Source of the DNA: Lingula anatina
Lineage: Eukaryota > Animalia > Brachiopoda
Direction: 5' to 3'
DNA: 64,000 nucleotides
Assembly (NCBI GenBank): GCA_051362555.1
Contig: CM120649.1
Span: forward strand, 19,792,567 to 19,856,566
In this document: piece by piece, positions 14,265 to 26,600 of the stretch
How positions within the stretch are numbered: position 1 is the stretch's first letter
How the letters are laid out: each line of letters opens with the position of its first letter
Position numbers and translations under genes: made by a program
The notes under the pieces: generated by a model
Databases searched by the model: none
Told to the model about the DNA's origin: nothing
The model's input: only the letters and a program-made list of their open reading frames with translations

Positions 14265-16341
14265 GACTTTGATGTCACTGGAAGAGGGTTTATGTCCTGA
14301 CGTTGCATGTGATTAAAGACATTGGCCAGAGATAGTACTTTCTGGAAAAAAAAATGGCTTTATGTTTACTGTAATTGTTATGAATTATGTTTATTGTCTG
14401 AGTCAGATGCCATCTTGTTGCTTTCATTTTTTTCATTAGAGTGCTCAGTTTTAAGTGAGATTTTTTTTGCAGATAGGTGAACTCTTAGTTGAGATCTCAT
14501 TTACCTTTTCAGTACATAATTATTTTTTCTCAGATTAATTATAAAATCTTGTCATTGATTCATGATATTTCTATTTCGTAGCTGTCTGATTATGTTGTTT
14601 TCTGGTACACTTGACATCTAGCGAGAGGTACTTTGGGGATCTTCAGGCTCCACCATGTAACACCAAGCCTTTGGTTGGTTTCTAGAGACTCACTACAATC
14701 TATGTGATCTCTACCTTTATTCTGTACAATCCAGGTATTGGTGTCACTGGTCCACTTCTATCTGCTGACTATAGGTTCTACTCTACACTACTTCTGACTA
14801 CTTCATGTGAAGACACAAGACTCTAATGACAGTATATTGCAAATTCTTCTCCTTATATACTAATACATAAGGACAATTACATTACAGTGATTCCTTAACA
14901 AGTCAGAGATATTGAAGCCAGTTAACAGAATTAAGACATACTGCAGGAGACCTTTAACACAATTAGACCAAGGCGGATTTAAACTTTAAATAGAAGATGA
15001 AGCCATAAATGAAGTTATTCAGTCCTGAAAACATCCTGCAGAACTTTAATGTAATTTTAACTTGGACATCTAAATACATTTATTATACACTGACATCTGA
15101 CTTGATTTGTGTAGAAGTTTAATGTAATTTACTGAAATATTCACTTAATATAATTTTAGGACATCTAAATATAATTTAATTACATATAACTTGAACTAAA
15201 ATAGGGATTTTCTGAAATTAAATTTGGCCATGAAGTCACCTCTATGATACATTGTGAGTAAAAAATCTATCGTAAGTCGGCAAACTGTATGGTAAAACTG
15301 CTGTAAGCTTGACCTTTTGGCTGAGGGAAGAATTATTGTGAGAGGCTTTATTGAATTTTACTCATAGTTTAACATACATGTCTTCAAATATGAGCAGTAT
15401 TTTTGTTTTAATTTCAGTAGTATTGCTTCAATTGCCAATGATATTGATATTAATACATCAGTATTGATTTAAATTTGCTTCAGTGTATCCGTTGTAGAGT
15501 TCTTGTTTTTTTATGTCAAGTCAAAGGACATATACTGCATTGTGGATATACCAGTCCAAACAGTATTGAGGTGCATTTACTTCTTATTTATCACCAGTTT
15601 GATTATACTGTTTCCAAAATTCAGCAGTTCTCAAGACCGATTTGGGAATAGTATAGATTTTTTTTAAAGATTGATTTATATTTATGCTGTTGCCCAGATA
15701 GTCACTGGTGCATGGTGGGAATTCTGAGAATTACTGGAGATCTAGGATAATGATATTTACTAGGTCATAGGAATAATTTATTTTTCAAAGTTAAGTTTGT
15801 TATCGTTTGCATTATTTCAGTCTTGAGGACCATTCTACTTAAATAATACTAATACGTGTACAACCTACCTTTTCTATCATTTAAGTTTCATTTGGTGTAA
15901 ATAATTATAGGAATATGCAATTGTGAAGTTTCTCCATTTTATACAAATTTTAGAAGTTTGAGTATGTATGCTAGTCACAAGTTGACAGGAGTTTGGAAGT
16001 GCAGTGTAGGAAATATAAGAAAAATGTGTAAGAACCGTTATGGTGTATCCAGTCCTGACATTAAGTTATATATTTTAGCATTAATTTTGTTCTTCGACAT
16101 TTTTGAATCTGATTGATGAACAATTAAACTTTCTATTATCACCTTGATGTTCAAGTGTGACTGTATTGTCAATCATTAAGAGGGACCTTTCAGTAGCATT
16201 CATTTTCTGACCATAAATTGTATTTCAAACATTTACCTTTCCAAATATCATTATCTAGTTTTTCTGATTATATTCTTATTTTTCAGGAATTTTTCTCAAC
16301 CTGTTTGTAATCTAATGTTCTCCCAAGTTGAAAGGATACAG

Positions 16342-16400
16342 AAATAAAAAAATGTTAAATAGCATGTTGTTTATCTTTATTGTGATTATTTGAGAAATAA
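16342..16400 (+). terminator. Candidate poly(A) signals ending a long TMEM164 3'UTR
   Basis: AATAAA at ~16342 and ~16395 followed by GT/T-rich sequence, just before the convergent PANK4 3' end; earlier AATAAA copies (e.g. ~11365) are alternatives. Confidence 0.3.
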
Positions 16401-17587
16401 ATGTAAAATAATTTCAATGTGTAAATTTAGATCAATTATTCTTAAATATAAATGTATTGTTTGGCAAAAGGATAGTCGCCATAAGTTTGAAGGCCTCATT
16501 CAGAACAAGGCATGCTGCATTATCCCCTAATAGATACTGAATAGATTCCCCGCGAGGATTAACACAACAAACATTCAAGTAGGTGCTTCATATTCGATCT
16601 GTGGATCTGCCCATTGACATTTAAGTTAATTGTCCAGTGAAAATGTTTTTAAATTGTTGAAATCTGTTTCTTAGAACATCCATAGAAAAACAATTGCAGT
16701 ATGTATTCCAAATTAGAAGTTATCAAAGAATTTATGACTGTTGCTGCAGCAGAATTTCAAAGTTGATTATGCCGCAGATTTGCGCGCAACATGAGAACAT
16801 TAAAAAACTTAGAAGGTAATAATGAACACCTCGATAGATAAACTTACATGTTTTATTCATGACTTTCTTCATATTTTACAAAAATCACATAACATAGTAA
16901 AATCTTGGATTTTTTACTTTTAATTACTATTTCTTTAGTCAAACTTTAACTCTATAATATCATTTAATCATGACTATCTATAAACTTACATAAATTTTGT
17001 TGTTAACTCTACTGAACAGATAATGGATTTAGACTTTTTCAAAATAAATAATATTAAAATTATCATCAACATATCTATATGATCTCTTTGGGAGCATTCC
17101 CACAAAACCATCGCACTTGCTGGATCACTCAAACTCTGCAAGAGATTCTCCCTAAGTGCAACCACTGTAATCAGGATAAATGTCTGCCATGCCTCCTGGA
17201 ACTGCCATGGGTAAGTAAGGCAAATGCACATGAAAGTTTATTAATCCCTAGCTGTCAATTAAGCTGATTACACTGAATGCAATTAAGCTAGAATTCCCCC
17301 GCAGAGTTGGATTGACCTAGCCAGTTCAACATTTGAATCTGAATATGTTCTTTGACACAGTAACAGATGTGCTATCAACCTTACTTGACTTCCCCACTCT
17401 CTAAGGTCACCTGGTGTAACCCTGGGGACTGCATACAAACATTCTTCCTGGCACAAAACCATTTGTTCCCAGTGTCGTAGGCAGAGGGGGTGTGGTGGGT
17501 TGAAAGAACAGCCCTTCTGCCCCGTATAGGTCCACTGTGGATCAAAACAGATCAAGGTTTTATTTCATTCATCAAACATAGTCACCT

Positions 17588-17661
17588 GCAGGAAGGGGTT
17601 AAAAAGGTCCACTTTTTCTGAAAGTCAACCTCTCCAAGTTTGAAACTTCCAGCCACAGCTT
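17588..17661. mobile_element. Fragment of the ~170-bp MITE family in the PANK4 3'UTR
   Basis: AAAAGGTCCACTTTTT.TGAAA block shared with 59815-59838. Confidence 0.45.
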
Positions 17662-17678
17662 ACTGTTCCCACTCACTG

Positions 17679-20600
17679 CTACCTGCTGTCCACGGAAAAC
17701 TTGGCAGGTAACGAGTGCGTCCGTAGCACCACACGCTTGGGTTTTTCATATTTAAATATAATGCTGAACATGTCTCCACCCAGTCTGTTAGCAAGCCAGC
17801 GGTTCTTGAGGACGGCTATCTTCAGGGCCTCACAGGAGAAGGCTGTGGAGTAATTGGTGTGGACTGATCTACCCATACCCTCAAGGACGATGAGATCAGC
17901 CGCCATGTCACGTATCTTCAAACTCAGGTCATAACTGATATACCTAGAATATACAACACAATATCAATCAGTTAATATCTTAATAGATACTCTAGTTAGT
18001 TTTCAAGCTAGACTCCTGTCTTTATGCACAGGCATTCAAAATCATATGAAAACTGATGGAGTCTCATTTTATGCACTTCAGTAGTTTCCTAATATTTTTT
18101 ACCTCATAAATACATTTTCTTCTGTTACCTGAGATCAAGACAAGGAGAAGCCAGTCCAGACTGTTACCTGAGATCAAGACAAGGAGAAGCCAGTCCAGAC
18201 TGTTACCTGAGATCAAGACAAGGAGAAGCCAGTCCAGACTGTTACCTGAGATCAAGACAAGGAGAAGCCAGTCCAGACTGTTACCTGAGATCAAGACAAG
18301 GAGAAGCCAGTCCAGACTGTTACCTGAGATCAAGACAAGGAGAAGCCAGTCCAGACTGTTACCTGAGATCAAGACAAGGAGAAGCCAGTTCAGACTGTTA
18401 CCTGAGATCAAGACAAGGAGAAGCCAGTCCAGATTGTTACCTGAGATCAAGACAAGGAGAAGCCAGTCCAGACTTTTACCTGAGATCAAGACAAGGTGAA
18501 GCCTGACCAGACTCCATTATCACCAGTCTCTCCTCTGCTAGTGCCCGGGAGATCGTCTCAGAGATGGCGGCCACTCTTTTGGCAAGTATTATCACTTCAC
18601 TGTATGTGACATCGTTCAGTGCTGGCATGGTGTTAGCACATAAGATTACCTGGAACAGGTGAGAGAGAGAGAGTATTATAATATCTCACAGGCAATACAG
18701 GTGAGTGAGAGGTACTCCTAGGTTAGAGGTAACACAGATCTTTCTTTCTATATTATTATTTTTCTATTTAATATATTCTTTATTAAGATCATTATAATCA
18801 TGGTGATGTTTTAAAAATTATGCTATCTCATGTACCTTAGTCCCTCTAGAGAGCAGCTCCCTGGCAAATGGAAACACTCCCAGTATAATGTCAATGCCAC
18901 TGTTGTCACAGAAGATGACAGCACAGTTGTGGACAGGACCTTTCAGCCTCTCTAACCACTGCTCATAGTTATCCACCAACCAGGGCCTCTCTGGGAGTTT
19001 AAAAACATAAAGATCATCAATGGGAATCATTTGAGATTGATTTTGTATGAAATAAAGCTAAATTTCATAGGATTTGGAGGAGTGTGGTCAAAAAAAATGT
19101 TGCACACTTTCTAGTTTTGCTTGGCATCATTCCGTTCTGACATCCAAGGTTTTTCAGGGATAATTTCAGAGCCTTTTTTAAAGAATTATAATTAAAATTA
19201 TAATCGTCTTTAAAATTTAATAAGTTTAAGGAGGCATCTTTCTGTCAATCATTGTGTTTGAAAATGGTAAACAAATTGCCTCACTTGTTGAACTGTGAAC
19301 TAAATGAATATGGTGTTATGATAACCCAGTTAGGTAATGTGGTATAGATGTACAAAACCTGGCTATCACACCTCTCTGTGCATTCATCCCAGCATTGTGT
19401 TAGTTGTGACAGCTGGTTGAGAAAGAATGTGACTCTCACCTTGCAGCCTAGCCCTGGCCTCAGTGAACCCAAACTGGCCCTCTTCCATGATGTTCACCAC
19501 TTCCTTGGCTCCCCAGTCAAACACATTCCCCGCCAGCAATCCCTCCACCAGGGCCAGCTGTTTAGCCTGCCAAGACAAGCTGTCTAAAAACTTCAGATGG
19601 TCCTCTAGATGCTTCAAAGCCTGTTCATTTTCAAATTGCTTTTGCTGTAAAAAGCACAAAACATAGGTAAGAACAAATGCCATTGAAATAAGTCACTAAA
19701 TATGATTCATCATTCATTTTTGTTTATTTTCAAGTCTGTTATTACTTTCTGGAAAAGATAACAAATGCCTCTTTAAATATGAAAAAAAATTACAAGATAA
19801 AAAATCATGAAATCAGAGAGTGATATCACCCAAGGACAGAAGTTACTAGGTATCCTAAGGGAAAAGCTTGAGGTATAAATGAAGCAGTTATCAAAGATAG
19901 CTGGGAAGGACTGAGGTCTAAAATACTGATCCCTTCAGGATGCATGGGTTATATCTCACCTGTATATAAGGGTCCGAGAAACTTGACTCCTTTAAAAAAT
20001 GTTCTCTTGTATCTAAAAGACTACGGACTGTTAATGACCCAAATGCTCTGAAAAGTATAATACAAATTACCTTTATATAGATGTACCTTATATAGATTAG
20101 AAATTAATGAAATAAGGGATTATGTATATTTCTTTTGATTTCAACATATTGGATTGATCTGAACAAACTTAGAAAATGATTCTTATTTACATGTGAGTAG
20201 AAGGTCAAATTAGGACATTCCGATCTCATGCAGTGTCTTCTTTTTTTTTCAGCACAAAAAATAGTTTTTTTAGCTTGAAAGTAAAGGTTGCTGATTTTTA
20301 TGTCTTATCTTGTCACATGACTTACGATGGATTTGCCTTAAACTCCTTCAATCTCTGTAAATATTTGTCCTTGAACTTGGCAGCCCTGTCACTGGCGTCT
20401 GCGGAGTCCGGCTGACTGGCAATAGCACGTTCCACAAACTGATAGAAACCAAATATTGATAAGACATTTGTAAATTTGACCATTACAGAGCTTCGTGAAC
20501 AGTGTAGTCTATTTTGAGCCTCGTTCGCTTCTGCCAGTGTACAGGTAGCAACAGTTACTACAATATTCAAGGTCAGAATAACCAATATCATTGTTTTTTT

Positions 20601-23600
20601 TTTTTTTTTGGAGGAATAGATATACCGATATCAAAAATTCAAATTAGAAATTGTATTCAACAAAATCACGAAAATGCTGACTATAACATAATTATATGTA
20701 TTTATCCAGACATTACATAAAATATCCAAAAACTTCATTTAGTTCAAACACAATCATTATCAATCTGAACATGGAGAACTGTCTATTAGAGAAGCTAATT
20801 TTTCTCCCTAGCTTCAACATTCACTCTGATTTCAGTAAAATCCATAATAATAATTATTCCAAGTATTTTGTCACCTTATCAGTGGCTTCCTCAAAGCACT
20901 GCAGCCAGTACTCCCTGGCCGCCGCGTCCTGGGTCAGGTCCACTACATCAGGGAAATAACTGGACGGGTCCAGCAGTAGTGGACAGTTGACCAGTGGGTT
21001 GGAGAACCTGTGTAACTCTAGCATGTCAAACTGGAAAATATAACAGGAGAACCTGTGTAACTCTAGCATGTCAAACTGGAAAATATTATAAGAAATACCC
21101 AAAATATATCTCATACACCATACTTGTCATTTGTTTACAAGAGCTTTAGATTTGGGAACACATATGAGTATAGCCATGAATTAAATACCCGACGGTAAAA
21201 TTAGTAGCCATGAGCACAGGGTTAGACTGCACAGAGAATTTGGATTTACGGTTTGTGGGTCATATCACTGTGCTCATGGCTTCAAACTGAACACTTGGGT
21301 TCTTGATTTGTCTTAAATTTGGGTACTTGTGCTCACATGCCTAATTCATTTATAAGGCCTGTATGTGGAACTGTTTGTTGTTTCATACAATATATCAATA
21401 CATCTATAACTTACTGTGGACTTTCTCTCCCTCAGAGGGACTTTACTGGTCCTAGGACTCTGTAGACCAGAGCTGCCTGCGTAGTCCTCAATCCACGAGT
21501 ACTTGTCAGCCTCTGGAATAAGACAAAAGAGGCATTAATACACATATTCTGATGTCTATTTTTCAATGCTGTGACTTGGCAGCAATGTGTTCCACTAACA
21601 AGTCTGTTAATAGACCATTTTGTGTACATTTAAATTATCTTTTTTGAGAGGCTTATCATCTTCATCAACCAACAAACAGATGTTCTCATTGGCTCAAGTG
21701 TTCTGTTATAATTGGTCATAGATATCAATTGCATTTTCAACTACTACTTATTGTACTGAGCATATCAAACTGTGTTTTATTAAAATAACAATACCAAATG
21801 TACGCATTTGATAAAAGTAATAACTAATACAAATTATTATATTGAAAAAATATTTAGTGAAGTGTGACAAATGAGGGACTGAGGTCCACTTACCCTCCTC
21901 CTCAGCTCCTTTCAGAAAGGCTCCTATGGCCCCAAGGTATCCCTCATGTCTGAGAAATAGAGCTTGGATCTCTCCCTGAAACAGGCAGTGAGTAATTGTG
22001 CTAGGTGTGACAGTGAAGTGGGTAATTGTGTTAGGTGTGACAGTGAAGTGGGTAATTGTGTTAGGTGTGACAGTGAAGTGGGTGATTGTGTTAGGTGTGA
22101 CAGTGAAGTGGGTGATTGTGCTAGGTGTGACAGTGAAGTGGGAAATTGTGCTAGGTGTGACAGTGAAGTGGGTAATTGTGCTAGGTGTGATAGTGAAACG
22201 CATTGTAAAAATACTAGTTTCCCGATTTCTTCCTCATACAGTTCTTTACATATCAAATGTGTCCAATTATTCATTCTACTTGCCAAATAAAAAATGGAAT
22301 ATTTTTTTAAACCATATATTCCACGCATCTAAATATCATAAAAAACTAGCATTTCTGAATGTGAACAAAATTCTATACAACCATAAATTTCACAACAAAA
22401 AGGTGGACATAGTAACCAAACTGCCACAACAAATCCCTTAGATTCTGGCAATAAAATACTCACTTTAGACCAAAAACTAATAGCAAAAGAGATGGTCTGC
22501 ATAGTCATAGGGTGACCTCGGATGAAGAAGCCACCAAAGTAGATTTTCTTCAGCTTGTGGAACTTGGCGTGTAGATAAGCCAGTTGTCCTATGTCATTGC
22601 TAATACTGATCAGAAGACTCTTGGCAATGTCTTCCGACTTGAAGTCTGCATCTGACATAACAAACAGATAAGAAATTTCAAATATGATAGTTCTGATGTG
22701 GAGATTTGTGTAAATCATTTTACATGCTATTTATTAATTGTTTATTTATTTATTAAGCCCATATGGAACATCTGAAGGAACCCTATGCTATGGTTAATAC
22801 ATAATATATATATATATATGCACATAATAAGAGATTTGCATGTGAGCTGGTCACAAGAGTGGAAAATCCCATCTCTTCCTAGCCCAGTGATATGTAACTA
22901 GTGGCAGGCTTCACCTACACTGTCTCTCCTGTGCCGACCGAGCTGCTCTCCCAAAACTGCTGGCAATGACATCAGAGGCCAGGCCCACCCTGTTGTAAGC
23001 TCCTCCATAGATGTCCTTCACCAACATGTCAATGTTCCTATGGTCTCCCTTTGCTGCCAGTTGTAACAGCTCATCAAAGCCCTGAGTGTAGGAAATAACA
23101 ATAATAAGGCAGCGAAGCTGTCAAATGTACAGACAAAAAGCTGTAACAGCTCATCAAAGCCCTGAGTATAGGAAATAAAAGTAAAATGACCATTAAATAA
23201 CAAATAGTCTCTGTAAGTCAAGATTGGCAGGGCAAATGTGCCAGATGTGACAAAGATGGCCGATTGTGTTAGTTGTGCCACTAGTTTTAACATCACACTG
23301 TAAATACCTTAGCCTTGGTGAGCAGAGATCCAAGACCCCAGAACGTTCCTCCTCCCATAGATGTGCCTCCAACTCTCTCATATTGACCATCTGCCTCTAC
23401 CTGCAATATTACAGCAGCACTGATCAATAAATTTAAAATTGCACAACTTATCATGTAGGTCAATATTATCTTCATGACTTTGACATTGTGATTGCTCATT
23501 GACTGGTATTCATATTACGTCTTTATTTTGTTTTCATAATTATAAATATAGAAGTTTTTCAAAGTGTATAAGACTCATTTCATGTTATTTATTTATTTTT

Positions 23601-26600
23601 TGTTTTTTTTTCTTTCTTGAAAGTAACAAATAATTCATATATATATACAGTGTTTCCCCTGGCTTTCAAGCTCTGCGAGGTGGTAGGCAGTCCGCGATCC
23701 CAGCAATACTAGGGGGGTCGGGGGGCATGCCCCCCTGGAAAATTTTTTAAATCGAGGTGCAATTTGGTGCATTTTAGGGTATTTAGAACTGATTTTTTTT
23801 ACATTTTATGTGGCACTGAATTGTCTTGTTTTAGATGTTTTGAGGAGTAAATTCAGTAATGACATAACAAAGGTTTGGACAAAATTTATTTTCCAGTCTG
23901 TGCATTCACTCAGTTTAGTCCTTTTCAGTTTATAGAACATACTCTTTCAAAAAAAGAAAAAAAGTTAATACTTTCAAAAAAAAAAAAAAAAGTTAACTAC
24001 TTTAATACTTACAAGAAACGAGAAAAAGGGCTTACTACATTGAATTATTTTTAAATTGACCAAAAAGTTGATAAAATATGTTGTTTTTACCGTTTTCACA
24101 TTCTTGTGAAAGTAACTGGTCAATTGACTTTGCGTGTGGGAGCGCTTCATCCTAATATAAAACTGCCGCAAAAGTTCTCTCTCTTGTCGTTCAGCGCAAA
24201 GCGACTCCCGCTACTACTTATACGTAGTTTGAGATGTAATTTATAATCAACAACTTCAAACACCGTTAAATGAATGCCTCGGAATTAAAGAGATGAAAAT
24301 CACACTTATCATCAATTTTAGTTCTTCGTTTATTCATTTATATGGTTCTATTCAGTCATGGAAATTCATATTCAATGCATAAGTTTCCACGCGAAATACT
24401 GACGTGACCCAGTTTTACAACGCTACTGCTTTCACAAAACTCACCCATAAATCAATAGAAAATCTTCTCCAAGTTTATAAAATCAACGAAGTTCACTTTA
24501 TTTGCTCCTTTTTTATCAGTGAATATTCGTAAACTATAAAAACAAACAACAGGCGGTCTGAATTTCGGAACATGAAGTGATAGAGAAAGTGTATTCTAGA
24601 CACGTGATTAAATGGTGTCAAGAACAGTTGCCTCGTTTCGCTCTGTTTCTTATACTTCAAATAAGGCACAGAACTGCGAAAACGAGGCACTCACAGGGAG
24701 ATAGTAACTGCTGGTTATTTTTAGGCATACGCACATGCGTCTTTCCGTTACTACTAAATCAAGTTCTCAGAAGCATGGGATTACTTATGTAAACAGAAAA
24801 TGCCATATTTGCTTAGAAATAAATATAATTTTCAGTTAGCATGAGTGACAATATACTTTGTTGTTCCATATAGTCCAGCGAGGCGGTGCTTTTGACAAAT
24901 TTCAGCGAGGCGCTTGCAAATATCATCGAGGCAGGCGCCTCAATCATTTAAGTGCAGGGGAAACACTGTATATATATATATTCCTTATGATCTTTTTTAA
25001 CTGAAATACTAAATTATAATATATTATCTCAAGACCCAATCAAAGAGGTATTTCAACATTATTTAACCAAGACCCTCACCTTCAATATGCTCACTCCAGA
25101 CCCTATATTGACCAATAAATACGGGAATATTTCAGGGTCTGAACCCACAGCCTGGAAGTCGTACTCGGGGTTGCCATGTTTGACATAGGTGAATGCCTCG
25201 TCAGAGATGTTCTTCAGCAGAAAGTTGCAACCTTTTATCAAACACTCCATCTCATCTTCTTTATCTACCCTGGAGTATACACATTACACATCTCATCTTC
25301 TTTATCTACCCTGAAGTATACACATTACACATCTCATCTTCTTTATCTACCCTGGAGTATACACATTACACATCTCATCTTCTTTATCTACCCTGAAGTA
25401 TACACATTACACATCTCATCTTCTTTATCTACCCTGAAGTATACACATTACACATCTCATCTTCTTTATCTACCCTGGAGTATACACATTACACATCTCA
25501 TCTTCTTTATCTACCCTGGAGTATACACATTACACATCTCATCTTCTTTATCTACCCTGGAGTATACACATTACACATCTCATCTTCTTTATCTACCCTG
25601 GAGTATACACATTACACATTACACATCTCATCTTCTTTATCTACCCTGGAGTATACACATTACACATCTCATCTTCTTTATCTACCCTGGAGTATACACA
25701 TTACACATCTCATCTTCTTTATCTACCATGGAGTATACACATTACACATCTCATCTTCTTTATCTACCCTGGAGTATACACATTACACATTACACATCTC
25801 ATCTTCTTTATCTACCCTGGAGTATACACATTACACATCTCATCTTCTTTATCTACCCTGGAGGGTGCAATGATGGATACACATTTAACACTTATGGTGT
25901 CAAGGTTCTGAATCAGGAACTATAAATTTAGAAAACAACTGTAAACGAAAGGCCTCTTCTAGAAAGTGAACTATATATAACTGTGTGAATGCACGCAAAT
26001 TTTGTTATAATTTATCATGCACAATAATCAAAACAAAAAACAAACATACTCACAAACCTAACACTTACTGTACCCCTAATTTACTGGTTATCAAATCCTT
26101 GTACTTGAAGGCTCCCCCTCCTGTGACCTTGATGACCTTGTTCTTCAGGTTCTCCTTATTTGCTGGCAGTAGGTTTCCCTGGATGAAGTCCAGGCAGGTC
26201 TCTATAAATTTACTCTCAAACTTCACAAAATGTAAGGCATCTTGGTTCTCAATGTCCTCCACAACTGTGTATATATGCTCTGCATTCTGGAGAAAAATAT
26301 AAATTAAGTTGGTAACGGAGAAAATTGAAAAACTGAAGCACTGAGTGTGATGGTAGGGTGGGTGCAAAGGTGGGTGGGTATGGCAGTGGGGTAGGGGTGA
26401 CAGTGGGGTAGGTGGGCTATGGGGTGTGTGTGTGACAATCAGGTGGGTGTGACAGGTGTGTCCTTGAAGATTAAGTACATGATATCAATGGTATCTCATC
26501 ACTGTACAATTTGCTAGAGCTCAAAATTATTTAACATAAAACTTAAACAGACCTGGCAACATATAACAGTCCTCAGAATGCACAGAACTTGTCTAATGCC

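Noticed and set aside
18064-25925. Regular arrays at 18122, 21990 and 25248 as CRISPR arrays
   Set aside because: Head-to-tail units without unique spacers, no cas genes, eukaryotic intron context
25176-25925. 249-aa repetitive ORF (also 18064-18489, 21748-22441 and 9876-10197 ORFs)
   Set aside because: Translation artefacts of tandem repeats in introns or UTR
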